A stretch of 63,880 bases of DNA, filler included, from Choristocarpus tenellus KU-1152 (Eukaryota; Protista; Phaeophyceae): assembly GCA_964200185.2 (NCBI GenBank). It is 10 parts of 10 records of this genome, joined end to end, with 100 filler letters (N's around TTAATTAATTAA, not from the genome) between each part and the next. Parts side by side here need not be neighbours in the genome. Positions count along the whole stretch, not along the records: positions 4,060 to 18,428 come from CAXNAD020001214.1; positions 18,529 to 26,801 come from CAXNAD020004909.1; 8 more parts are not named here. One strand, written 5' to 3'. The notes beneath the pieces are model-generated. The model did no database searches. It was not told the origin of the DNA and saw only the letters and a program-made list of their open reading frames with translations. Within the stretch, counting starts at the first letter, position 1, and every line of letters begins with the position of its first letter. Below, piece after piece: positions 12,359 to 26,605 of the stretch. The translations under genes and the position numbers were made by a program.

Positions 12359-14714
12359 TCAGAGCTCAAGGTGCTCAGTCTCCTTGCAGCGCTTCACATA
12401 GTCTGACTTTTCCAGGCAGCCGTTGCAGGCTACTCCCCTGTCTGCAAGGATACCCTTCAGCTGCTTCACTCGTAGCTTGTTGTAGTCCATGTTCTCCTTG
12501 TCTACCTTGATAGCTGAAGATAGGTAGCAGGGACAGAGGGGAGGAAAACAGGGTAATATGGGTTGAGTCAGTATAGGCACTCAGCTTGGCGAGTCAACCT
12601 TTAAAACACTTGGCTTGTCATTGCATCACACCTCAGGTTCAAAAGGTTAATCTTTGAACGGGCAAGAGCTGTGCTTGAACAGTGAAAACTGTTGCCATTG
12701 AATACGATGTGAGCAATTTCCCCTCCTGAATGACAAACCATCTAGGTACATTACCAATCCCCTTATGTCTCTCTGCACAAGCGTTGGCTTACACCATTTC
12801 ACTCACGGTACTTCACTTCACAGATCTCAGAGTTGGTCTTCTTGAGTCGCTGGCAGACCTTCAACTTAGGCATCCCAGTAGAGAACGGGTGGGATATGGT
12901 CTTCTTGATTGGCAGAAACGAGTAGCACTGTCAGGGCAACACACAGCCCAACATGGTCATGTATAAAACCACAGAGCCCGCATGGGGAAGGAAAATAAGT
13001 TTTTGATATCTTTTGAAGGTGCTAGGAAGCGAGCAGTGTACCTACCCACACTTATGAATTAAATACTCTGGACAACAAGGCTTGAAATGAGAAACCTAGC
13101 AGGGAAGTGGATTTCAATGGCATGAGAAGGTACATGGCGCTGGGCATGTTGGGCGGGGAAGCGAACTGTCTACTAATGCCGTTGTGGTTGGGGTCAGATT
13201 CTACTCCTCATAACCTTTCTTGTGCTAACAAAGCATTCAGTCACAGCCCCAGACTAGTGTGAATAATAAAAGAATAACAGAGAGAGGATTTTCGCTATCA
13301 AACGTCTCTTTGTGACATGGTTGGAGATCACACCTCTAAAGAAATGCAATACTAATATTAGTACCATAAAATAATCAATTGCTCTCATGTACCTTAGCTT
13401 TATCACACTGACACCATCAAGAAATATGTCCTCCTTATAAGATGGAAAACAAAATTAGGAATGGTTAAACCACATTCCACATTGAATTGGGTATACCATT
13501 TCTAAAGGGCTCACAAAATCAGACACCAATAAGAAACCATTCAAGAGAGTTGGGTGGAGGAGTTGAAGGCTGTGATCTCCCCAGTCCCATATTAGGCGAA
13601 CAACTGATTCGAATCTCGTTGAACTGAGAAGAGGTATAGAGCTTTTGAGTCAAACCTAGTCACCAACAGCAACACCAAATTCCAGGGTATCATAAAATGA
13701 GCACAGCACAAATGAACATGGAGCTACACATCAAACTAATGAATTACTCAAACAAAGTAATACACAATTGTTCTCATGCAAGTTGTATTAATTGTACTCC
13801 CGAAAAGAAGCCTTTTGTTTTTCTGGGGCGTTGTACATTGCACTAGGATTTGAGACAACGTGACATAATGTTGGATAAAGAAAAGTGCGCTTTTGTTGAG
13901 ATTTACGATCCTTTTCTCCGAAGACCAATTCACTACAATTCTGAAGCCAATATCCTGTCAATACAGGTCGAACTATCAGAAAGAGTCTGTCCCATCGGAG
14001 GAGACCTTCTCAGGGTCTTTTTCGTGGGTGCTCAACATGACGAGTAAGCTCCACCTGCAAGAGGAACCAACCAAAATTCTTCCACTAACTAAAGCTGTGC
14101 TATCGATTTGCAACTGTAGATCACCCTCGTTGACAAGGAGGGGTGCAATAGCAATGACAACGAGAGAAACGGAGTCAAAACATAATCTCTCTTGTCTAGA
14201 AGACAAGGCAACTTCGATCGAAGGATTCAAAGGCCTTCAACTCACCATCTTATCGTCTCGGGGGTTGAGTCGTTGCGAACAATATGCATCGATAGCTGCC
14301 TCGATCTTGTCCTGTTTCTTTCGATCCTCTGGAGCCATAGACTTGCTCACTTGCTCTAGGACATTCACACAAACTGCAGGGACACAGAAAGTTGAGTGAC
14401 AGGTGACGGGGGATTCCTAGGTTACATACACAACACCCGTGAGTAAATCTGACTTGCTGAAATGCCACATCTACGAAACTAACTTGTTAACAGGCGTAGT
14501 GAACGAGTATAGAGCGAGGGCAAAAGTTGCAGTACACTACCCACAAACCTCACGCTCTTGGTCAACACTCCATTTTATTAGTACATCACCCTAGGACTAG
14601 CCCCATGCACGAACCTTCGCAATCCTTAGGATCTTCCCGTACAGGCTTCTTCTCTTCTGCCGCGCAGCCCAACCCGAGCACTGCAGCGAGGGCGACTATC
14701 CACAGGATCCGCAT
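12359..14714 (-). CDS. MANF: ARMET/MANF/CDNF-family ER protein, 4 exons: 14714-14615, 14373-14246, 12927-12807, 12513-12359
   Basis: Signal peptide; saposin-like domain DCEVC...YC...KMCYSFLPIKKTISHPFSTGMPKLKVCQRLKKTNSEICEVKY; SAP-like C-terminus KLRVKQLKGILADRGVACNGCLEKSDYV with CxxC; ends HLEL. All introns are GT-AG with consistent phase. Confidence 0.9.
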
Positions 14715-15224
14715 GTTGCTGATACAGGAATGGTGGTAGCTTGGTGAGAGGACTTGACGGAGAATACTGACGAAAGCTAGGTGTGAAGCATGATAACAAG
14801 GTTGACAGCTCCAAACCTCTCTCAAGCGAGGGATGTGGTATAGGAATTGGACTATGATATGTACAACTGATTAAAGCATTGACGCGAATTGTTGATGCTA
14901 ACTCACAACCTCACCTGACAATAACGACTCAAATACCCACCCTAGTTTACAAACAAGATAAAGAATTACACCCCTAGGCAACAGGCCACCAATCCGACTT
15001 GTCTTTGTTAGTGTGGGATGAATGTGTTAAACACTGTGACCAAAGGTCGTTTTCTGGTCTTGTAGAACTGGCCAACCAGAGTGCGCCAAACGTCCCAAGA
15101 TGTACCTAGGAGTTTATAGTTATATGTACGGCCTTACTAACAAATTCGGATTTGAACTACTTTTTTAGATGCGAAGTCTGGTTTGACTTGGAGTAGGTTG
15201 GAATCATATATCTTGGCTGATACC
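14715..15224. promoter_or_regulatory. Probable bidirectional promoter/5' UTRs between MANF and POLK
   Basis: Divergent start codons 510 bp apart; no motif proven. Confidence 0.45.
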
Positions 15225-18165
15225 ATGGAAACCCATAGGACCGAGGAGGACCGAGGAGGGGATGGTTCACACATGTTCGTATTCACGAACGCAAAGGCGG
15301 GGATGGAAAAAGTTGACAAGGAACGGGCAAATCGTATCATCTACGACATGAGCAAGGGCTCGAGCTTTTTCAAGCAAGCAGAAGTGATGGACAAGAAGTT
15401 GGACACCAAGGTGGGACAGCGTTAGTGTCAGCATTATTTTAAGTGAATGAAACAAAGGATATAATGTTTGACATCCGTATAACCATTTTGAGCACTTGAT
15501 GTGCCACGTAGAACCTGTTTACGACTGGTTCCTATTTCTTTCTCCTGTGCCAGGTGGAGAAGATGAAGAAGAAATCGAAGGAGTTGGACCAACAAGGGGA
15601 AGCACAGCTACTGAAGCAGGCAGACCTGATTGTGGTCGACATAGAAAAGAGGAGAGTTCTAGACCAGATCTGTATGGTAGTGGACATGGTGAGTATGGTC
15701 AGCGTTTTGCTGTAGTCGTCTTGTCACAATATTGGACAACTGCATCGCTTCGGGATACCGTAAGTGTGTAGGCACGCTTAAACTACGGCCTCAACTTTGA
15801 GGCCGTGTCATTGATGTAGCAATCTGAGAGTGGGAGTGTACCGCAGAAGTTCAATACAGGGTCAATGAAGAGGGTGAGAATTGTATCGCAAATTGTAGGA
15901 AGTTGTACAAAGCTTGGAAACAAAGTTTAAGAGCCTCTGTTCCACTCATGCCCATATATGCAATATTGATTTGCATTTGAAATCTTCTCTACTTCTGTGT
16001 GTCTGTTTAATGAATGGGTGGTTTTATCTTGGGATCCCTTCGCATGCTCCACAGGACATGTTCTACGCCGCCGTGGAGATAAGAGACCAGCCAGATTTGT
16101 CAGACAAGCCTGTTGCTGTTGGAGGCATGGGTATGATATCCACAACAAACTATGTCGCTAGAAAATATGGTGTGAGGAGTGCCATGCCAGGCTTCATTGG
16201 GAAGAAGCTCTGTCCCGAGCTAGTCTTCGTGAAGCCAGACTTTGACAAGTGAGCAAGGATAAGATTAAGATGAGAGGAGATGCTGAAATCTCAGGGAGTT
16301 TGACATTCTTATTGCTAGAGGCACTGCAAAAATGACAGACAGTAGGGTGATATGTAGCAAAGAGAGATGGTTGACTTGATGCTGTCACACATAGGTGGTC
16401 TTGCTACCATCTAGTGCCATTTTAATATTTATTGTACTTTCTCAATATTTTTGCATCAGCTACTTAATACCTGTAGAAGTGCAGAATTCTCATCAGGCGG
16501 TGTCTTTGCTTCTATCTCCTCTTCATGCTAGTCACAGACATACTGGTAGGTATCACGCATGAGGTTGACATACTTTCAGTCAGACTGAGTTTCTTGGCAA
16601 CTGTGTAGTGTTCAAGTACATTGTACTCTGATGATGCTTGTTGTTGAAGTCGGCCATTGTTGCTATGCCGTGTCGTTTCTTCTTATGTAACAGGGGGACC
16701 TCCTACCCTCCCATGGTCAGCATTGTGCAAATATGTCTGTTGTGCTGCCATTTTCTTTCGGTCTCAGATCAGTATATGTTTTGTTGTGTGTGCTTTTTCT
16801 CTCTCCCAGACATTATTGTGTACTAACATCAATGGTCTGTAACCTCCCTTACTAACAACCCCCCTGTAACCCTGCTTTCCCCCATCCTTCTTATCCCTCG
16901 CCCTACTTGTCATCTTGTGAATGTTCCTAACTCAGATATACGAAGGTGGCTGAGCAGATTCGATCCATCTTTCGTGATTATGATCCTCATATGCAATCTT
17001 ACAGTCTGGATGAGGCCTATCTCAATGTCACGCAGGAAGTAGCAAGGAGAGTGGCAGCAGCAACGGAACCTGAAGGAGGAGGGAGTGTAGCAGTAGGGGG
17101 TGGGTGGGCAGCGATCTTGCCAGGGGCCGGTGGGGAGCAGTGCAGTGTACATGATGGCAAGGTTGTTGGACTTGAAGGATTGGGTCAGCACATGCCCCCA
17201 CTGAGGGGGGATGAGGATGAGGAATGGAGAGAGGAGTGGGGGGATGAGAGCGGAGAGAGTGGGCAGGGGGAGCACTGCCACCGATTTATGGAGTTCAAGG
17301 TGGCAGAGGCACTGGCACAGGAGATCAGGTGTCGTATCAGAGATACCACAAGACTCACTGCCAGTGTGGGGATTGCCCCCAATTTCATGCTGGCCAAGGT
17401 GAGTAAAAGGAGAAGTGTCTTTCCTACTGAAGAAGAACAGGGCTGTGAATGGTGCACAGCAAAGCTCATTTAAAATAACAAGCCTGTATTTTTCTTTCGG
17501 GGCTTCCATGCAAACATCAAATATGATGGTGTGTGATGAAAGGGCATGCAAACATCAAATATCAAATATCCAGTTTTTTCAGCCTTGTCACGAATAATTG
17601 TGACGAGAGAATGGTTCTCTTGCTGCCCCCTATTCCCCTTTAAGATGTGGACACAATCAATGCCCTTGCATCCGTGAATACATTGTGTTTCATGTTAGGA
17701 TTGCTCTCTTTCTGTTACCCTTGTTTCACTTCCGACACTACCTGCTGCTGCACAGAAACCTCCGCCAACCTACAGTGAAACTATCTATACACTGTGCTTG
17801 CTGTTACTGGTACTATTGTTGAGGATGCTGTGTACAAACAAAACAAGGGGCAACGCCTCCCTAAATATAAGACCACTGCAACAAGTCAGTTGACCGATAC
17901 GAATGAACGCATCTCGTACTCCCCTGAAAGCCAGGTGGCTTCAGACTGGAACAAGCCAGATGGACAGATGGGCATCCCAGGAGACCTCGGGTGTGTTCGA
18001 TCCTTCCTCCGAGACCTGCCCACACGCAAGGTGGGGGGTGTGGGCAAGGTGACAGAGAAGTGCCTGAGGGAGGCATTGGGTGTATCCACGTGTGGACAAC
18101 TCTTGGAGCGACGGGCGGCTATCCTCCACCTCTTCACCACGCACACTGCAAGGTGGCTGCTTGAG
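15225..18165 (+). CDS. POLK: Y-family DNA polymerase kappa (DinB/IMS), 5' part; exons 15225-15410, 15554-15688, 16055-16248, 16936-17398, 17935-18165; truncated at contig end
   Basis: N-clasp NAKAGMEKVDKERANRIIYDMSKGSSFF; catalytic [69 protein letters not shown]; HhH KVGGVGKVTE. Confidence 0.95.
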
Positions 18166-21045
18166 GTAGGGAGGGAGGGAGGGAGGGGGAGGGGTTGCGT
18201 AGGTGTCTTTTTATGTGTTGCGTTGTTTATCATAGTGATATGTGGAGTTAAATATATCTATTGTACTGCACATTGCAGGGTATTATCATTTTGGTGATGT
18301 GAAAAAGAAAATAAATAGGATATTGACATTATTGGTTTCGGCCGAGGACTCCCCCCCCCCCCCCCCCAACCCTTGGGAAAGATGGCGTGGGGTTCTTATA
18401 TACCTACCCCATATCATTACAATGAATGNNNNNNNNNNNNNNNNNNNNNNNNNNNNNNNNNNNNNNNNNNNNTTAATTAATTAANNNNNNNNNNNNNNNN
18501 NNNNNNNNNNNNNNNNNNNNNNNNNNNNATGTTCTCATCATATTTTCAATAGTAGTAAAGTACCAAGAAAGGAATAGAAATACTCGGAATTCGGAAATAT
18601 TTTGGTGCTGCAAATTCCCACACATCCTAGCAATCATATGAGATTTGCTCGAATTGACTGAGGTACATACTTTGTATGTTGTCATGGTCTGTTACATTTT
18701 GCGTATGGGTGAGGAAAAGAGCCAAGCTTGCTTGTGTCACAAAGAATCCTGTAAAACTATCTGTTGTCGTAAAGGTGTGAATATCTCTCTAATGTACATA
18801 AATCCATGGATCACTTACATAGAGGAATATATTAATATATTTTACATATCTTACACTATTTATACTATATTATGCTCTCTGGCATTTTGCAAATGTGCTA
18901 GGGTAAACTATTAGACTAACAAACTATGTCTGGGTAGTGCATTTATAAATGACGTATTTTAGGATTGACCAATTAAAGTGCGTGGATGTCTGTCTTCCTT
19001 TTTGGACGTATGGAACCTAACAATTTGTTTTATACTCTATTGTGGGTCTCAGGACTTCCTCGAGGCCACTATACAGTACATGACGCTTTTCGACCTTGTA
19101 CTCTTGCACAGGGGGAACGGTTCAAGTGATTTTTTTTAATGAAATCGTGGTATGTCCATATGCGACGTCAATGTGGATGACAAAGAATGTTTACGCTAAA
19201 TATACATTATTGGCAGGAGTCTTGGAATTCTTTGTCTTTCGTCTCCATTTCGTTCTGTGTGAAAAATACACATGTGATGAGTGTTGTTTCGGATTCGATT
19301 GACTTGGTGACATTCATCACCATCACATCACGATGGAACATGGAATATTTCCTAAAAGATGCTTTAAGAACTACTACGTAAGAGGTTTACAGAGTACCAC
19401 CTATGTAGGTACAGATTATACACAGGCTTCCCACTCGAAGTTGCTTGTATTGCGCAATTTCTTCTCTCTTCTTTTATTTTATTTATTGATGGAATAATTG
19501 ATACAAGTGGGGGGGGTTACGGACATAAAGTTGGACACCTGTGTATCAAATAAACCTTCACCTAAAAGTGCTATTACCATTCTACTCTTTAGCACTTGAG
19601 AGAAAGGAAGAATAGAGGATTTGGTATTGTTAAAAGTATTATGGTTGATGTGTGTGTTGCAATTAGCAAAAGTAGCACCGTTACAGAATGAGCAATTTGT
19701 TGTGATAAATATGACTACGATTCTCTGTGGTGAAGAATTATAATTGGCTCTAGCGTCTTGTATGTAACGGCAGCAAGTGGGTTAGCCTCTATCTTTAACG
19801 CCAACAAGTATTCTGTTAGAACAAGTATAGGAAGACATTTCGAAGATAACATTTCCAAATTAGCAACTCAGTCCACTAGGTAGCGCAAATATAATAATAA
19901 TAAATCAAATAAGCACCAAAATGGTAACAAAGGAGATTGTTGATACGAGTTGAGATACAATCCATTTGCGTGTTATAAACATTTTTCTCAAAAACATTTC
20001 CAACCCACGTTACCTGTTGCTTTTGGGAGATAAAACTGACTGATGAACACAGACTTGACACACTGTACACCATACTACATTTGAATCACGATGAAGACTT
20101 GAGGCAGTGCTTGTGCGTGTCAATGACTCTTTTCAGTGTTTTCTGTTTCTGTTTCTTTCTTCTCTTCCCCTTGCATTATCTTCGGATGGTAGCATGTATT
20201 GCCTTCTTTTACCTTTTGACCACAGGTCTGAAATCCTTCAGACTAAAGTGAATAGCAACAATAATATTTCACTGGTCTCAACAAGAGTCAATCAACTTTG
20301 TTGATTTAGAGTCACACAAAGGCTGTTGACACACATCGACAAATGGAACTTGCCTACTATTGCTTATTTAGATCTTGCTACTATTTTGACATGCTGTCAT
20401 CGGAAGAGACAGCTCGGTTTTAGCACAGGTCCAGCTGGCACATCTTTCTGCATCAGATGGAGTGCGACTAAATCGACAGTTACTCAGAAGAATACACTGG
20501 AAGGACTTCCACCCTCTGCCTTCCCCCCCATTCCCAAACACACAAAACACCATCCTCTCCAAGCTCTGTATCACAAAGAAGAGCTATGGAGGAAGAGCTA
20601 TCTGCAAGCAAGCACAAATACTCAAGCAAATCAAGGGAGCGCTTGACCAGGCACGCCCATCAATTCCAGTAGACACCAGCACAAGAGTGCAAAGTTCCAA
20701 TGCTACAAAATGTCAGAAATCCAATTGTGCCTCCAGTGGCTCAAGCACGGGTAAAACTGCTCAAAAAAAGAGAATGTAAAAAAGTCAGTTAACCAAACAC
20801 TGATGATACCACCTTGACAATCCATGTGAGATGCCACAAAATTCTGGGCTCCCCCCACTGCACAGTCTTCTACCATGGACAAAGCAACAATTTTCGAGCA
20901 CAATGTAGAGGGGTCTTTTATACAGCAAGACTGGATGATGACATGGCTATTCAACTAGTAAAACAAAACAAACTAACTGTAATCTGGCAGTGAAACAACG
21001 GTTACACTTTTGATGGAGCAGGTGAGGAGCACAGCACCATCCATG

Positions 21046-23800
21046 TCACAGGACAAAACTCTCAACCATCACACCACCTCGCACTGGGCTTAGGTCATGC
21101 CTCAGGCCCAAGCAGAATAATGCCTCTCCAGCTATGAATAGGTACTCTGTGACACCAAGAGCAATGTGGGAGTAACATCCTTCCATATCGTCCAGGATAT
21201 CCTGAGGTTTTGATTCTGTCCCTGCCCATAGCCTTGTCACAGCCTTGAAGTGCTCTGTAGTGAGGTTGTCATCCGTGAATTGACCCAAGAGCACAGTACA
21301 AGTTGCACCAAGTACAAGGGTGGAGACAATGCCCACTGCAAAACACACCTTCCATCGGTACCACCACAGGTCGATGCCTGCGACCATAAACACCCCCCTG
21401 GAAAGACAGACACCAAAATGCAAATATAGTCTGTTGGTCTGGGATTCATGCTGCAAGATATTGATGACAATATGCTTGAGGTTGAATGAGGAGCTAGGAA
21501 TAGGAATGATTGCTAGAGGGTATTCCTTGAACAAGAAAGGTTCCACATTCTTCATCCGCAGTGAAAATACTCGTCATGGCATAACGAACTCTACCCCAGG
21601 AATTTTACGCTATTTTATTTTATTTTCTGGCAATTCACGTGGATAACCCCAAAAACACTCAAGTGGAGTTACAAACTCCACACATGCTCCCACTTCTCCA
21701 TCTTACTGCTTCAGACAGTTTCAAATCATGAAATAAACAACTTTAGGTTTGGACAAAAAACAGAAAACCAGCACTATAAACTGTAGCCAATTCAAAGTTT
21801 CGTACCCCCCACCCAGTTCAACATGCTCCAGTACATGCATAAGGATACACAGTCGAAGAACCTCTCCTGTAGCAGACATACCACCTACCAGGCCACAAGC
21901 ATCAGCCCTAGTAGTGATGAGTTTGCCATCATGATCTGCCCAATAAGCAACAATATCTTGGAAGCTACGGTGTAATTCTACAAAATTTTACATTGTAGTA
22001 TATATTGTAGTATACAAAACAGGATACCGGATACAACATTTCCACCATTGATGGAATGGTATGACTTGTAAAAGAAACCATTGACGGTTATGTATATATA
22101 TCAGCAGCATATTCTGTAACGTCATACCGATTCGCCAAAATGCCAATATCTCCTTGATGGAAACCTCCCGATTTGGCCTCAAAATCGTCCACCCGAAGAT
22201 TTCTTTGGCTAAAACTAGTACCCTGATACACCATATTTTCCTTCACTAAAATATGTCAAAAATACTTGAAAAACCCCCCAGCTGTGATGGACACAGCCTA
22301 CATCACACAAAATTCATATCAAATCACACTAAAAAGATGTGTGCAAAGGTTGTAGTGTCATTTGCTGGTTCACCTGGCCTTGCCCAGTGCCCACACTGTG
22401 CAGAGAGCTTGTGCACCACCCCCCGTCACAAAGGCCAGCAGGAACGCCCCTTTGGTCACATCCTGGGGAGAGTCCAGCAAGTCACTAGAATCACCAGTCA
22501 AACTTCCATAAATGAATAGGCATACAGACCCAAGAGATCCCAACACCCATGCAGTGGATACCCACACCTTGGCCTGGCGTGCATCTCGGTCATATCGCGC
22601 CACTCCAGTGCGAGCCTCCAAGCGATGCTTATGGGCTAACCGAACACACCTGGGGGAGAAGATGGGGGGGAGGAAGAGAATTGGTTGTGGAGCATACTAT
22701 ATTGTACTTTGTATACATTCCCTAGAATATTCCAAACTGTTACCATCACCGTTTACTGAATGCGAATGAAATACTAGAATTCAACGTCCAGCTTTACCTT
22801 TTCAACAAGGGCTTGCGGAGCTTGACTTGAAGGGTGCATTAGGCCATGCATGATGCTCAAAGAGAGATAAGCAGAATACGTAACAGAATGTTGACCGCAT
22901 ATCCTTTCATCTTCTACCTCGTGGCATGATCTTACAAATATCCAATTGGATGCAGATGATCATCCAATCGCCACGAACAGGCAGAGTTCTAAGTATATGA
23001 ATCACCTCCCAAAGGGCTTCGGCAATAAACAACGTTACCACTTCGTAGATGCAACATGCTATATGGTCAATCAGCGACACGTGTGTGTGTGTGTGTGCAC
23101 CTTCGAGCATTCCACTACTGCAACACGCACCAGAAAAGGGCAATGGCCAAGATAGCAGATAGGTGCATTCCTGCAGTGTGTAATTCCTTCGCAGGACTGT
23201 ACATTCCAAGGCGTGTTAATGTCGGTATCTGCCCATTTTTAATTTGAGGATAAGCGAAAAAAGTACTGGTCAAGTTGGGTTGTATAGAGAGTGAACGAGG
23301 TGGGGTTGAGGAAATGAAGGTTGATGGACCCTTCCTGGATAGGTATCACAAAGTTCACTTCCATACTTTCAAGACTTTTCTGTATTCTTTTCATCACAAT
23401 CAGCTTCGTCTTAGTGCATGACGCAGAGATTAAAAATCTGACGGCAACACCTTGTAATCAACCACCTTCGCCTTAAATGACCTTTGGCACTCTCTCCCTT
23501 GCACTACCCCAATGGCACTTCTGTCACGGTCCTCTCTGATATCACTGTAGAGATTAACCAATTCACCAGCGCACCTACTATAACAATCAATTCATATCGT
23601 TATCGTGTATATCTCACCCTGGCACAAGTAGATCCCTTGCCCAGATCAAGGACAAGATAAAGGACGGCACACAATACCGGAGTCATGGCGAACACGACAG
23701 CAAAAGCAGGGGCCAAAATTCTTGCCCGGAACGTCCACGCCGATGAACCAGCTGACGGCGGGGCATAGCTGAGAAGATCAGCGTAGTCCTCCTCGATCAT
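21046..23800 (-). CDS. Frag1/DRAM/Sfk1 (CWH43-N/PGAP2-like) multi-pass membrane protein; exons 23800-23618, 23228-23131, 22649-22374, 21397-21046
   Basis: Exons join in frame with GT-AG sites. IPTLTRLGMYSPAKELHTAGMHLSAIL after TM1 and a terminal ALGVTEYLFIAGEALFCLGLRHDL match the family pattern (P-x-I-S..G..P ... E-Y/W ... D-F/L). Several hydrophobic segments. Confidence 0.65.
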
Positions 23801-24053
23801 GGAAATACAATATCACCCAAAGTAGATTGTGGGGTATAGTATGGATGGGAATGTGAAGTTGTTTTGGCTTCCCTCGCGCATACCGCGCGCTGGAGCCCTC
23901 GTTCACTTTAAAGTACCATCCAACCTCTTTCCCAACACACCTTCCTATTCCAGTATGCTGGTTGGTTGATACCTGTCCATAAGCACCTACAATCTCAGGA
24001 CGGAGATCGGGCTGAGATTATCAAGTTTTAGTGGCGTTTCACCTTTTACGAGT
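23801..24053. promoter_or_regulatory. Probable bidirectional promoter between the Frag1-like and DCAF8-like genes
   Basis: Divergent ATGs 253 bp apart; CpG-rich core TCGCGCATACCGCGCGC near 23874-23890. Confidence 0.45.
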
Positions 24054-26605
24054 ATGGCAAATGATAACCTCAGACCAAGAGGAGGCCTGAGAAGAAGTCG
24101 CTGTGATCAACCACGATCTCTTCACCAGGTACTGAGAGAGAGGGAGGCAATTGGAGGAAAGTGCTTCTTGCCAAGAGATGGAGCGGGATTATGGCCAGCC
24201 GATCCAGTTGCAAATACGTTTGCCTCCAGTCCCCAAACTCTTCGCAGAATGGAAGTCAGCGGCGTCCTCGGTTCAGAGGTTGATGGTGGTCACTCTGGTT
24301 GCGTCAACACGGTGTCGCCAACACCTGATGGAAAGTGGTGGATCACGGGCAGTGATGACACAAAGATCATGGTGATAAGCCCTTTACCCTTCTGTTACTT
24401 AACTCCAAGAGGCTATCCCTTTCTTCCATAGAGCCATGCACTTCGTAAGGAATAACTTGAGTCATCTATGTGCTCTGAGATACAGTTCTTGTCTCAAGAT
24501 ACTATCCACTATTTATCACCAAGTGAGATTGCATTTACCTTCCCTACGATCTTCAAACCTCCCCTACTTGATCCCCAGGTTGAACGTTTGTTGTGTATCG
24601 TTTCGAATGTGACCTGGTAGCAGATGGATTTATGTGACGTTGTTGTTCAACTTCAACCTGGTATTTTTTTTGTCCTTAACATTGGACTTGGCAGTTGTAA
24701 TGATCCACACACATTGACAAGGCTAATACTGCCTGCTCAAATGGTTGCTGAATACTTGTGGCGCATCTAGCGCATTGTATTCCTCCAACGTGTATTGTTC
24801 AGTAAATCCTACTTTGCGGTACCATATTCTTGAGGTTAGAGTGATTCACAATCAGCTCGCGCTATTTTCCATACTCTTCATTTTTCTAGCCCCCCCCTAA
24901 ATTGTGATAGGGAATCACTCGTACTTTTTTGAATGGAGAAAACTTCCCACGTATTTCTCTAAAGTGTTTAAACTTTAATTAATTGGCCTCAACACTTTTG
25001 ACAACACACCAGCCACTCTCATCGAGCCATGGTCCATCCTGTCACACTTGAGAGCCCATTGAGCGACAGCATGCAGCTTTCGGAACTCTTCATACCCCAG
25101 AAACACTTATTGGAACCCGGTCAAGGAAATGCAATACTATATATCATAGAAGAGGCCCAAAACAAAGCACAGATGGCCTTTTTCCTAAGAATCTGGACCC
25201 CCTGCATGTTCATTCATCTCTTTTACTTTGCCATTGGGTGACGGAAGATATGGGATGCAGAGAGTCACAAGAGAGTGAAGAGCTTCCTGAGCGGCCACAC
25301 AAACAATGTCTTTCAGGCAAGGGCTCTCCCCTTCACTGACAACGACAAGGTGAGGTGAAACTCAACTGCTATGAAAGGGTATACCCCTGATTGACAAGTT
25401 CATTTCCGTCATTAAGTGCGCCATTTTTGTCAAATCTCTCCCGTGCTTTTGTGGTAGCTCATTGGCTGTGCAGGTTGCCTACAGTTTGATTTCACAGCAG
25501 ACCACAAGTAGTAGTTCCAAGCTATTAACTCTGCTAAGGCTTTTTTGCTCTTGTTTCTTGGATCACTATCCCTAACCCTAAAGGCAGCTAAGAGCCATTG
25601 GAGATATAAATAGAAAAAAAGCACCCTCTGTTTTGTTCATAACTTGCTGTGAGTGAATCCTGACTTCCTCTTTTGCGTGATTGCAAGAACAAAACGAAAG
25701 AATTATTCTTTCTTTTTCTTTGCCATTAGGATTTTAAGAACAATATTCTACTGCCACCGCTCCTGCTGCAAAGGGTCTATTGCTGTCAGTGTTGCCCCAG
25801 ACTCTCATAGCCCGAAAATCTTGTTTCATTACAGTATGAAAGTGAGCGCGGTGAGTTGGATGCAATCCCTTGTGGTGCTAAACTCGAATTGCCCACGGAT
25901 CGCCTGCAATGGTCCAACTTTGGGAGGTGTATTGATTTTATTTTTACTCTATAGCAACAACACATTTGATGCTCCACTGTTTTGTCATGAGTGTACATAG
26001 CAATAGTAGCTACGTAATAATCTTGCCGAGGCAGTATTATATCCTCTTGATGGGCAGCCAAGAAGCCCTGTTCAAGTTTAAGAAAACAAGTTTTAAGAGA
26101 AGGAAGGCCCCTCACCAGTGACCCTCCATATAGCCCCTTTTTCAGTACATGTCCTGTGGCCGTCTGACCTTCAATAGTACCAAATCAAGACGAGTACTGA
26201 CTTTGTAGTGAAAGCTTGATTTCCAATTATTATCAAGGTGCTTCAAAAGGAAAAAAACAAATAAAATGAGAATACTTGTCGGAAAAAAAAAAAAACATGA
26301 AAAAAAAAAACGTCATAACTTTCTTCAACGCATGCTCAGCTGCCAACAATGGAATCGGTCTAGTGTTAGGTAGCGTCGGCACTGAACACGTTGTATGTGT
26401 TCATGCGTGCGTGCGTGCCTGTGTGTGTTGTGCATGTTTACGTGTGCCTTTGTATTGTGTTATCAGATTGTGACTTGTGCTGCTGATGGTGAAGTACGCC
26501 TGATAAACCTCTCGAGTGGCACAATCAAGTACCTGGGCAGTCATCTGGGCAGAGCTCACCGAATGGCTCTAGAGCCTGGCTCGCCTCATCGATTTCTTAC
26601 TTGTG
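24054..26605 (+). CDS. WD40-repeat DDB1/CUL4-associated factor 8-like protein, 5' part; exons 24054-24371, 25248-25349, 26467-26605; truncated at contig end
   Basis: GHSGCVNTVSPTPDGKWWITGSDDTKIMIWD...SGHTNNVFQARALPFTDNDKIVTCAADGEVRL...HLGRAHRMALEPGSPHRFLTCG is the DCAF8/WDR42 N-terminal WD signature. Confidence 0.85.

Noticed and set aside
13850-14230. Nested gene or alternative exon within MANF intron 2
   Set aside because: Short ORFs with no recognisable motif; MANF exons join in frame without them.
15785-15806. Small GC-rich hairpin in POLK intron 2 as a terminator or ncRNA
   Set aside because: A single 9-10 bp stem can arise by chance in 64 kb; no other support.
19207-19351. Extra terminal exon for the Frag1-like gene
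   Set aside because: The gene already ends with the family C-terminal motif and a stop at 21046; the phase does not give a convincing continuation.
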